From: Trichosphaerium sp. ATCC 40318
Taxonomy: Eukaryota; Protista; Tubulinea
Assembly (NCBI GenBank): GCA_038496445.1
Contig: JALMLS010000277.1
Coordinates: 1-64,000 of the forward strand
Reading direction: 5' to 3'
Length of the DNA: 64,000 bases
Part shown: piece by piece, positions 45,758-57,350 of the stretch
Numbering within the stretch: position 1 is the stretch's first letter
Layout: every line of letters begins with the position of its first letter
The notes under the pieces: generated by a model
What the model was told of the DNA's origin: nothing
The model's database searches: none
The model's input: the letters and a program-made list of their open reading frames with translations, nothing else
Program-made: the position numbers and the translations under genes

Positions 45758-48109
45758 TTATAAATAGTGTGCATGCGTAATGATAAAGACAGCGACATGA
45801 AGTGGGAATCCTTTATCCCATCTGAACTTGGTTTGCCATTTACTTATTCCAGTATAAGGTTCCCATGTAGTGCCATTCAAACGATATCCTCCTGATTTAG
45901 AATCAGTTGAAGGCCATGCATATTCAGAGTTGTATTTTACCTAAATTGTGAGTTAGAACGGTTTTCTTGTCTTTAGTTTAGGTTTACATACCTTATAGTT
46001 AACAAGGGTGTTTGGTGGGTTTATGACGTTATCTCCATCATATTGACTAAGCTTGAAAACGTATCCAGAACGCTTATCACGAATAAAATCAGCTCCAAAC
46101 TCAAATATTGCTCCTGTATCAGCTTTTCTGACTTCTTGAGGTTTCGTAGAATCTATAACCCAACCACGTGGGCATCCATCACGTAAAGGCCATATCCATA
46201 GCTCCTTACCCTTTGGTTTGTCTTTTGCTTCTTTAGCCTATTCGGAGTAAGAAAAAAGTAAGAAACTGTTTTGGATGTACCCTTTGAAGTCTACGAAGTC
46301 TGGTTTTTTCTTGCTCTTCCTTTCTGATACGATCAATCATTTCCATTTGAGCTCTTTGAGCCTCTTCTGCGTCTTTGACATGTTGGGCTTGTTCAACTTC
46401 ACGCTGTGCTTGGTATTGTCTTCGTTCTTGTTCACGTAGTTGTTCTTCTTTTTCAATCTGTTCGTCACGTCTTTTTTCTTCAGCTTTCCATTCGGCATCC
46501 TGTGCTTTTATACTTGATAGAAGAGCATCAAGCTTACTGTAAGCAGCCAGAACCTTATCAACGAAAGCCTTTGCTTTTGGTAAATCGAGGTACTTAGCCT
46601 AAAACATGTTACCATGGAGCCAAATAGGTTTGATGTGACAAAGATGACGTACTTGTAATTCCTCTACAGCTTCTGTCATATATCGCTTGTGTCTCAAAGC
46701 ATCGTGACTGTTCTTTTGACCAACACGCCTTTCTACCATCTCCAGATTACTTTCATTGCTATCCACAAGGTAATCGACACGATACTCTAACACAAAGTTA
46801 GAAAAAACATAACACCGCTTTGAATAACGTGCTTCTTCTCAAAGGTTCCATTTCAGCTGCTATGATTTTTAACGCTTTTTCCGCGCGTTCTAAAGTATCC
46901 TTCGCAAGAGGTTCATCACTATACTTCTTTGTCATTGGTTCAAGTGCTCGTTTCATGTCTTTTGCTGCTTGTTCCATTTTGTCAGGGTTTTTGTCATCAA
47001 TCCCTTGTGGAAAGTTAGAATGAGTTGTTTCGTATTGTTTTCGAACTTGAGTTCATGCGTACATCTGTGACAGTTTTTGATTTGACCCTCCAAGTTGCGT
47101 CGTAAGTCATTCTTTATTTCGTACTCACGTGACATTGTTTTAATCTTAGTTTCAGCGGTTTTTGCAAAGTCGTCCAAACCTTGGACATATGCAATACCAG
47201 AGGGTGTTGTAAGTTTCTTACGGTATGTCCTTAGTTTCATGTTAAAGAAGCTCAGAGCGGATTTGGCTGCTCTTCCACCATCGTCTTTTTGAAGACCTTC
47301 TTCTATATCACGAGTCTTGGAGGTCATAGTAGTTAAGATGTATTCAGGAACTCCTTCATCGCTTGAATCTTTTTTCGGAAGGGGTGTGGTTTTTACTACT
47401 CCAGGAACTGGTTTAGGAGTATTAGATACCCGAGAGATTGTCTTTGAAGGCACATCTAAGAGTTATAATTAATATGAATGAGTATAAACGTGTGAGTTAC
47501 CTAGCGGTTCTTCCTTGCCAAGTGCTTTTGCAGCTGCTGAAAGAAAGCTATTCATTTCTTCAATCACAGGCTTTACGGTACTGTTATCCGCAAACTTTTC
47601 TTTCAATGGGGCCAAGTCCTTTTCGATAAGCGAAACAGAAGTCTCTAATCTGCTTGTATTGCCTTCGTCCAGATCTACCAAACAAATTAATGGACATAAC
47701 AGAAATAGAGGTAAATACGTACATCTTTGTCCATATTTCTTGTTGTATTGCAGCTTACGTATAAGATCCTTAGCCTCAGCGAAGGCTTCTATCTCTGCAA
47801 TTCTGCCTTTGACATGTTCTACATATTGAGCTTGTTCTTCAAGAAAAGCCTAACAGTAGCAGTTAGAAATCTTGGAATTGCGCTAGTGACCGTACTTTGC
47901 CTTCCGGAGATTGTAATTTCGGCTCAGTGCGCTTTATAGTTCTTAGGACACCATCCAGTGACGATTTTGCGCTTCTGGCGTTGCCTTTCTCAAGGTAGTC
48001 ATCAATACTCCTAAACAACTTATCAAAAAAAAGTTGTCACAAAGCGTCTTTTTTTAGTGTCTCACTTTTGACGTCCTGTAAAGTTTTTTCGGAATGTTTC
48101 AATGCTCAT
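45758..48109 (-). CDS. Hypothetical protein: repeated helical modules, charged coiled coil, aromatic C-terminal domain
   Basis: Exons join via GT-AG from MSIETFRK to HAHYL*; internal similarity RSAKSSL..KLQSPEG vs RAAKSAL..KLTTPSG. Confidence 0.75.
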
Positions 48110-48946
48110 TGTTGATTAGTTGTTATTGTTGTTTGGTTTATTTGATTTGATTTGATCGTGACCTTCGTGATGGATTGGCAAGAAGCAAAATTTCTTTAAC
48201 GTTCAGTGAATCTGATACAAACATGCGTGAACTTTTTTTATTTATGTAATCTCCGTCACGCCCGCTCCCGTGTCGTTTTAAAACCGAAAACCAATATATC
48301 CTTATAATAGACATAGTTTAGTAGGTATTTCAGCGAGGTTAAACGTATACACAACGAACAATGCTTAATCTGCTTTTTGCAGCGATCCATAGATTTCATA
48401 CAAAATATTGTAACATTCAGAGCGCTGTTAGATAGCTTGAGCGGCTACTCTTATTGAGGACCAAAAAGTAATGAGTTTTCTGCTGTTCTAGAAAATGCCA
48501 AGTGAAAATTTGGGTGTCTGATGGCTGATGCAATGATATGGCTGGAAGTGCGTGACTTGTAGACTGTTCAATTTATTCTATGAGTGTACAATACATGTGG
48601 ATAATAATGATAATCGCCTCAAGTCTTGTTGTTTGCGTTCCAGCCATGTTGAAGTATTTTGTAGCGACAAAACTTGAGGGAGACCCTTGACGCAAGTGTA
48701 CACGCCTTGATTTTTTTAACAACTATGGAGCAAATGCTAAGGTAGAAACTACGGAATGAATGTAAAAAAAAAAATAAAGAAAGATTCGACAACATACTAT
48801 TTCCTATATTTATGCTATCCACCAGTGTCTATTCTATAATACGTAGCAACGGCATACAAGAAAACACATGTAAAAGAACATCAGTATTGACCATACAAGT
48901 TTACCAAACGTGTTTAAGTTTTTTTTATTACTTTTATCTACAAAAT

Positions 48947-51724
48947 TTAACATGCCAAAGTGCCGTTAACAACAACATCTCCAACCCAAATGTTTGATGG
49001 TGTACAATTACACTTAAAGTGATTACCCGCAAGAACCCAACCAACACCAAGTCTTGAAAAGAGTTGAGGAGCAAACATAACACCAACCTTTCAAAAAAAA
49101 AAAGAACAAAAAAAAGCTTTGTGGATACGGCCAAACAACAACGCCTAAGATGGCTGTGACTAAAGAAAATGCTATCAAAAACCTCTTCATAGTACCCCTA
49201 TAAATATAATTAATGTAACAAGGATAGCTCTATATCACATACCTCAGAGGAGGAGGCGTTTTTGCAAGTTTTAATAAACGCCATGTGTCCAAATAGTATT
49301 CAACAATATTAGCTATTGTAGCCAATATCGTTATCGCTGGGAAGATTGCAATACCTAGGTACATAATATACTGTCTATATAGCAACTCAAGGTACTCAAC
49401 AGCAATATCAAACTCGAACTAGTAACAAATCATTAGAACATTTCGTTTGTACTTCTCTTGGGTAACGTGCCCTTCCTTCTTCTAGATTAGGTCCTGTTTC
49501 TTTCCCTCTACACCCTGCTATCCAGTACCAACAATATGGAATAGCTAACTCAATAAAGTTACCAACAAAAATCTCGACAATGAAAATGAACAATAACTGA
49601 TCTCCAATATCACCAATACCACACCGAAGATAAGGATCGGTTGCTACATCAAGAATAAGTTAAAAAATGAAGTTGTCAAAAATCTAGATAAATTTGGAGG
49701 AGTTTTCACTTTTTTTGATTAGTTGGCTATCACGTGCCACAAAAGCCGCAGTGATATTTTTAAAGTACGAAAAGAAAGCATGCTTGAATGACTTTGGTTA
49801 CGTTATAAAAAGCAGTAGTGTTCCGGACTAATTGTGTTAACTTTACTTACTTGTAAAGTCAATATTGCTATCTACTATAGTAGCAATCTCTCTAATCCAT
49901 CCATCGTTAGGCCTCACAAAAATCAAGAATCTCATAAGAAATAGCGCAGTAATTGTAAGTATTTTGAGGGAATACAGCTTGACAATATAATGATTTCTAA
50001 AAGGTAACAACCAGTAAACACAAAAAATACTACTAACATGTTGACTTTAAAAAAGTACGTACTTGAACCTTGACCAAGTGTAATGCGCTTCAAATTCAGT
50101 CAAGAATTCTGATGCAGTATCAAAAAGATAGTGTGCAATACGAAGTGCTAATGCAATAACAAAAGATAAGAATACACCCAATGAACGTTTTGCTGCATTA
50201 TCCTAAAAGTCAAAATAAGACGGAAGTCATACACAAAAGTCGTTTGTAACAAGGAGCAAATACTAGTATTTGCTATTCCTGTGAACTTACTTGAATAAGT
50301 CCCTGTACTTGAAATACACGCTGAATAATCGCAAGAACACCAGCAACGACAATAGATACGAGAACAATTAATACAAAAAGTACATAACTGAATGCTATCC
50401 TACAATACTGAGGGTGCTTTGGATTCTTGGCTACACCTTTGCTATTCTATAACAAAACAGTTAAACATCTCCACAATGTTACTACAATAAGGTTTTAAGC
50501 ATAGCGGACTCACCTTAATAATATCAAGATCATGCATTCTATATCTTGTTAAATCAGCTTCACCTTTGTTCACAAAATGTTTCCATAAACGTAAACTATA
50601 CAAAGGACTAACAAAAAAAAGTTAGGCATCTTGATATTGCAATCATGTATGTACCCTAATCCAAACCAAACAAGAGAAGATGCAATTGTACTCCATAACC
50701 AATATTGCTTCACTTGATGAGAGTATGTTGAAACATACAAATTCGATGAAAACGCTGTCCACCTGACGAAAAAAAAGGAATAAGAGTCAGCCGACGTTAA
50801 AAGTAAATGTGTACAAATTAAGGGACACAGATGTTTGATTAGGTGTTGTCCATATAGCACTAAATTGTATTGAGTGTAAGAGATAACATGACGTATATTA
50901 GGCCAAAGCAAAAGCATACTTTAAGTCACTAAGAGATTGCCATCCATCATAGTAAAAATGTGGTACGATGTTTACAAGCGCTAACATTTGTGTCACGTGA
51001 CTTCATATCCATAAAATTAAATAGCACGTACATAAAGCCAATATTATGATGTTATAAAGGAGTATAAATCTTGCAAAATCGAAGAACAAATAGACACCTT
51101 GCCCAAACCTTTTGAGTTCAAGTGTCAACAAAAAAAAACATGTTCATCAAAGGTACTTTTTGCCAAGCGTATTTGTTGTAATACAACAGCATCTAGTAAT
51201 ATTGTAAGGCCACGTGCGTGCTGAATTATATTTTGCCTTAATTTAGCACCAGTACGGACGTGCTCATTGCGTACAGCATCGTCAGAAAATGAGTCTTCAC
51301 CCAATCTGTTGGACAGAAAAAAAATTAATAAAATGACAAAAAGGAAAAATGTTACAGCCTTACTTCTGAATGTATGGATATCCGTGACCAGCGAAACGTA
51401 GCTCACAACCCTTGGGAGGCACAAATACATCCCTGTTATACCGTTAGAAGTGTTTTTTCGATTAAATTGTCTGTAATGACCTATTGTCGTATACTGGAAC
51501 GCCAATGATTCCACCTACGCGTGTGAGGCCCTAGTAGAATGAAAATAGTCATACCCATTACCCGACCTATCGTCCGCTGCGTTCTTGACCGCTATATGAG
51601 CGTTAATTATAATGCATGCATACTATATTACCTTATAACGCTTTGTAACTGCCGGAGCTGGAGCGCTCGATTCAAGCTCCATTACGTCGTCTGATTCACC
51701 CGAGTCTATCGATTCCTCAGACAT
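48947..51724 (-). CDS. Transmembrane channel-like (TMC) family protein
   Basis: LGKKFGQGVYLFFDFARFILLYN, LTEFEAH, EFDIAVEYLELLYRQYIMYLGIAIFP match TMC signature segments; stop after GTLAC; first exons less certain. Confidence 0.8.
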
Positions 51725-52168
51725 GCGAGCGTCCTTGCTGTAAATTAGAGTTATAAGGTCAAATTAGCCAGTTTTCTCCCTTTTGCAGTTTTTGTGTCAC
51801 AACAATAGCACATCTCTGTTAAGGCTTTCAAGATACAGGCGCTCACAGCCTTGCTTTATGCTAACTAAATCAAGCTGCCTACCAAAACCGCCCAATGTTT
51901 GCGGCCAATTGATTTTTATGGAAAGTTGGCCTTGGATTTAATAGTTCGCGTGTTACAATTGTGCCTCACACTGTACCGAAGGAGCAACAGTTTCAAACAA
52001 ACATAGCCTTGCCGTTACAATTACAGCTATCATCTAGTCGATAAAACAACCACAAGAGGAGTCTTCTTGCAGACCCACAACGTATTATCACATTCGTGAC
52101 GTTCATTATGTCAAGTTTGTGATTTCATTGAAACTCGCTAAGTTAATTGCCTTTTTCTCATTTTATCG

Positions 52169-54312
52169 ATGGCCCGCGAACATAACAAGCTTTGGAGTAG
52201 TGAATTTGTGGAAGATTTATTGAGTGCAGCCACTGAGGCTAGAGGCTTACGTTCAAAGCAGCTTACAAAAGTTGAGGAGTGCGATGACGTTACTAAGAAC
52301 AAGCGCATACACTCGCTGTTTTATCTTTGCGTTCAAAATATAGCTCAGGTGCGCAAAGCTTTCGTGAACGTCAGTTTTTGGTCTACTAGTGCTGCGGTGG
52401 TGAATGTAGTATGTATGAGGAGCTTATAACCTAACTGCTCAATAGTACATTGAAAACTCTCCCAAAGATACTTTCTCAGGATTACCAGACATCGTGATGG
52501 TACGTAGGCGCTAATAAGACAGTTTTGGCGTGTTTGGGATAGAAATAGTTATCACGCGCCAAATCATACTAAAACGGTAGTATTACTACCCATGAGCTTC
52601 ACCTATTGAAAAGAGAGCGTTTTGTTTTATTTCAGTCACAGTTGATTTATCATACAGGTTAAAGTATGGAAAGTACTCCAAGACGTGCGGGGTTACGCTC
52701 CTGTAAATGATGGCCTTCTACAACACTTTTTAAATAGCGAAATACAGGTTCGTTTTTAACCGCTTGAATGACGGAGTGAGACGCGCTTTTCGTGTATTCA
52801 TTGTTACCAATAGTACCTTGATATTGCTGGATCTCATGTGCATAAAACCTTGACACAGCTAGGCTCTGTATGCGTGAACTTGAGATATTTAAACATTTCA
52901 AGATGCAAAAAAGTGCGTTTTGGTTTTGCTTAAGTTTCTATTTTTTTTCTCGTTCTGTAAAACATATAATTCCTTCTATTGCTTTTGATTGCATACTCAA
53001 TAACGTCTTCTATACCACATAATTTTTTCAGTCATCTAAGATATAGGTCAACTCCGCTGTGGCGAGTTCAATCATAAACTCTTGTTCATGTTTGCATGCA
53101 CTTCGAATTGCAGATTTACGGAGTATAAATGAAGCTACACTCATGTCTATAAACAAATTAACTGGCCTTAAACTATTGGATGTATCTAATACAAAGATAA
53201 CGAACAACGTGCTCATCTCTTACAAAAAACTTGTAAATCTTTCAGAACTTGTTTTGAGCACATGTGGCAATATCAAAGATGCAACATTAGCCAGCGTTCT
53301 ACCTCATTTTACAAAACTACACACATTATATGTAAGAGGTGTAGCAGGAAAGCATACCTTAATTTCATTAACGACACTACCTATAAACTTGATAACGCTG
53401 GACATATCAGGTTTGTTTTGATATTCTCACAATATTCCTCTTTTATTCGCACTTTTTGTCGTAACTTTGCATGGTTTTGTTATTGACTGTTGACTTTTTA
53501 GAAACAGTGATAATGCAACCAACAGTATTAGAGAAGCTTATGGGTAGTAAAACATGTGCTTCATTGACAGCATTAGATCTTGCTTTTGTTAGTGCTCTAG
53601 AAAAGTCAGCAGAGTATGCAACTAAAATACTATCTGCATTATGTAAAAATTGTACAAAACTCAAAGTTCTTAATGTCTCAGGTACGCACAATATATAATG
53701 CACATGCATACCCATAGGTAACTCACATAAACTATTTATAGGCGGTCAAATACAGACATCTTGTAAAAAATTGGAACAATTAAGCAACTTAGAAAGTCTT
53801 TACTTAACAAACTCTCGTTCAGTCTATAAACGTGATTTTGATACACGCTCATATACAAACTTGAAGACTCTTTTATTTAACTATACAACACCACTTAAAC
53901 TACCATATATTGGTACAAACACAACACTTCAAGTACTTGACTTGAGCAATTCTTCGTTTTCGAATTTCGAGGCTCTGGAAAGACTCACAAACTTGCAAGT
54001 TCTTAAACTTGGCGGATTAAAGGTAGCGTCAATATTAAACAATATATTATCTATACCTATATTATCACGTGCTTAAATTGAAAACAAAAAAATAAACATT
54101 TCGAATGAACGCTTTTGACTTTTTTTTAGGTTAGTTATGACCAAGCGGTAAATATTGCTTTAAACTGCAAGTTCCTGAAGACTTTTGACTTGAGTTCATG
54201 TCGTAGTATACCTATAAAGAAAAGGCGCCATTTGTTACGTACTTTACGTACTACAAAAGATCTCACTGCTTCTGAAATCAAACCCAAAAGAAAAAAACAA
54301 AGACGTAAATAA
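52169..54312 (+). CDS. LRR protein with N-terminal BC-box/Cul2-box-like motif (Rad7/ZER1-like adaptor)
   Basis: HSLFYLCVQNIAQY...LPDIVMVKVW followed by LxxLDVSxT/LxxLDLS repeats; basic C-terminal NLS. Confidence 0.7.
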
Positions 54313-54453
54313 ATAAGAAAACTGATTAGAATTCTCAATTTGTAAGCAAACTTTTTATGAGTCGTTTTTAGTTAATACATTCGCGAAGTTGCTAAGCATT
54401 CAAAAAAAAAAAAAAGTGAATGGAATGCATGAAGAAAATGTTGACTCCTTTTA

Positions 54454-56868
54454 TTATTGGATACCAAGCTTAGATTTGAGTTGTTGCTTCTCTGATGCGT
54501 AAGATATAGCTTCATCAATGAGTGCTCCATAATTCTCTAAACATTTTTTGTTAACACAAAACGTGAACGAAACAATAAAGCACTTTGCGTTTGAGGAAAA
54601 AAAAATCGAAGCAAGGTAGAACAAACAACGTACGTTTATCAGAAGCCTTAGCATAGAATGACGATAATACTTCTATACGATCTGTGTTGAAAGAAAACAC
54701 CATTGTTAATTGTTTTACTTCTGCTGTAGTCACCTATTTTTGGAAAACGAACGTCAGGTTTGATGTGCCAAAAAATGAGTCTGTTTGGGCGTTGTAGACT
54801 TTTTCTTCCCAACAAAAGCGAGTTGAGACGTACCGTTTGCAAATTTGGTAATGCTGCTCGCACAATTTCCAATTGTTTCGAGGCGTACTTTTCGCCTTTG
54901 ACTGCGTTCAAGACAGCAGGGAAACTGTTTACTATAACAAAGTTAGCTCACATAAAACAAACGAAAAATTCGTACACGTGGCAGGGTTTGGTCCTTGTGA
55001 TGGAGGTCCTCCTTGTTGAGGAGGATAATGTCCTGGTGGTCCTTGTCCTGGTGGTGGATGTTGTCCTGGTGGTCCCCCTTGTTGTGGAGGGTACTGCCCT
55101 GGAGGTGGGTGTTGTCCTGGTGGTCCTTGTCCTGGAGGTCCGCCTTGCTGAGGGGGGTATTGTCCTGGTGGTCCTCCTTGTTGTGGAGGATACTGTCCTG
55201 GAGGTCCTTGTCCTGGAGGATGTTGTCCTGGTGGATGCTGTCCTGGTGGTCCTTGGCCTGGAGGAGGATGTTGTCCTGGTGGTCCTCCTTGTTGTGGAGG
55301 GTACTGCCCTGGTGGTCCTTGTCCTGGAGGTGGATGTTGACCTGGTGGCCCGCCTTGTTGTGGAGGGTACTGCCCAGGAGGTCCTTGCCCTGGAGGAGGG
55401 TGTTGTCCTGGTGGACCGCCTTGTTGAGGAGGCCGTTGTCCTGAACCATAGCCTGGTGGTCCTTGTTGACCAGGAGGTCCTTGACCTGGAGGTGGATGTT
55501 GACCTGGTGGCCCGCCTTGTTGTGGAGGATATTGACCTGGAGGCGCTTGGCCAGGGCGTTGTCCTGAGCCGTATCCAGGCGGTCCTTGTTGACCTGGAGG
55601 ATGTTGTCCTGGTGGCGGATGTTGACCTGGAGGTCCGCCTTGTTGAGGAGGACGTTGACCTGAACCATAGCCTGGTGGTCCTTGCTGGCCGGGAGGTCTT
55701 TGTTGGCCAGGAGGTCCTTGTTGTGGAGGATATTGGCCCCCTGGAGGTGCTTGACCAGGGCGTTGACCTGAACCATACCCTGGAGGTCCTTGCTGATTAG
55801 GAGGGTGTTGTCCTGGAGGTGGATGCTGACCAGGAGGTCCTCCTTGTTGTGGAGGCCGTTGTCCAGAACCGTAGCCAGGTGGTCCTTGTTGACCAGGAGG
55901 TCTTTGTTGTCCAGGAGGTCCTCCTTGATGAGGAGGATATTGACCAGGAGGTCCACCTTGTTGTGGAGGGCGTTGTCCAGAGCCATAGCCTGGTGGTGCT
56001 TGTTGACCCGGTGGTGCTTGACCAGGGCGTTGTCCAGAACCATAGCCTGGAGGTCCTTGCTGATTAGGAGGACGATATTGTCCGCCTTGAGGTCCTTGAG
56101 GAGGGTACTGACCAGGAGGTCTTTGTTGTCCAGGAGGTCCTCCTTGATGAGGAGGATATTGACCAGGAGGGCCGCCTTGTTGTGGAGGGCGTTGTCCAGA
56201 ACCGTAGCCTGGTGGACCTTGTTGCCCTGGAGGACGATACGGTTGTTGTCCAGGTGGAGGGTATTGACCAGGAGGGCGTTGTCCAGGAGGGCCTTGGTGA
56301 GGAGGATATTGACCACCTGGTGGTCCTTGTTGACCTGGAGGTCCATATTGGCTGTTTGCGTATTGTGGTGGTTGCTGTTGTTGGTTATACGAGCTGTAAG
56401 ACGTCTAATAATAAAAGCGTTAAGAGAAAACGTTTTTTGGCCAATAATACGAACGTACCGGTGGACCGTAACCTGGGTTTGGTGCTCCGCCTTGTGGTGG
56501 GCCTAAAAAGCGTTTAGAAAATTAAATTGGTGGGTTTAACGTGTGAACGCGTGTATTTGTTTTAATAATACTTACCTTGATATTGTCCACCTTGTCCAGG
56601 GCCTTGGTGAAGACCTGTGCCTGGAATGCTCATTGAAGGAAACGCAAGCGGTGCGCCTGGCTGCTGACCGTATCCTTGCTGTGGAGGGCCACCTACAAAA
56701 AAAATTAACGTTGGAAAAAAGTATTTTTGTTTTATAATAGTGTTACCGGGTACATAATTGCCGGGAGGCGCGCCGTAAGCTTAAAATACATACATAAGAA
56801 AATAAAAAACACAAATATTCAGGAACAGGTGTTGTACGTTGTTGGCCATATGGCCCGGGATATGCCAT
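54454..56868 (-). CDS. Pro/Gly/Gln/Tyr low-complexity protein with C-terminal DUF4476-like domain
   Basis: MAYPGPYGQQ start; long PPGQYPPQQGG array; tail VLNAVKGEKYASKQLEIV..TTAEVKQLTMVFSFNTDRIEVL..ISYASEKQQL. Confidence 0.75.
54990..56345 (-). repeat. Coding tandem repeat (PPGQ[Y/H/R/G]PP[QQGG])n with DNA-level block duplications
   Basis: Recurrent CCTTGTTGTGGAGG/TGTCCTGGTGG on the + strand; about 60-nt block at 55891 repeated at 56110. Confidence 0.9.
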
Positions 56869-57350
56869 TTGCTCTTAGGGGATATTTAATCTAATTAGAG
56901 TTGATAAAAAGAAGTGCTGTGAAAGCGTGAGACTAATGTTTACCTTTTTTAGCGCATATTGTCGGTCAGAATTGGATCATCTATCATTCTTTGTGAGACT
57001 GACGGTATTACACTACGCCGTGCTCCAAATAGGACAAGTTAAAGTGTTCACTGTGCAAACTACGGGTAAAACATAGGGTAGTTGCGGAGTACATGGGCGC
57101 GCTAGTCGTAGAACCAAATATAAAAACATGCGTTACTTTCCAAGTCCTTCGGTCTTATTTTACTATGCTTTATTCCCTACGATGGTGCACACCTTTCGTC
57201 AATGCTACTCACCAATGTACTTTTCTTAAAATTACATCACGTGATAAATAACAGACTGAAAAGAAACCGTTTCTTCAAACAGGAAAAAAATGTATTCGAT
57301 AAAATTCACAATCTCTTTCAAGTCAATAGCGCTGATCGAGGCCGGATAGG

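Noticed and set aside
48619-48822. ORF that might extend the TMC gene
   Set aside because: The preceding exon already ends in TAA at 48947-48949; no TMC-like content
54760-56517. Long overlapping ORFs on both strands (346, 467, 238 aa etc.)
   Set aside because: Shadow frames of the stop-poor PGQY repeat; only the minus-strand Pro/Gly/Gln frame connects to an ATG exon and the C-terminal domain
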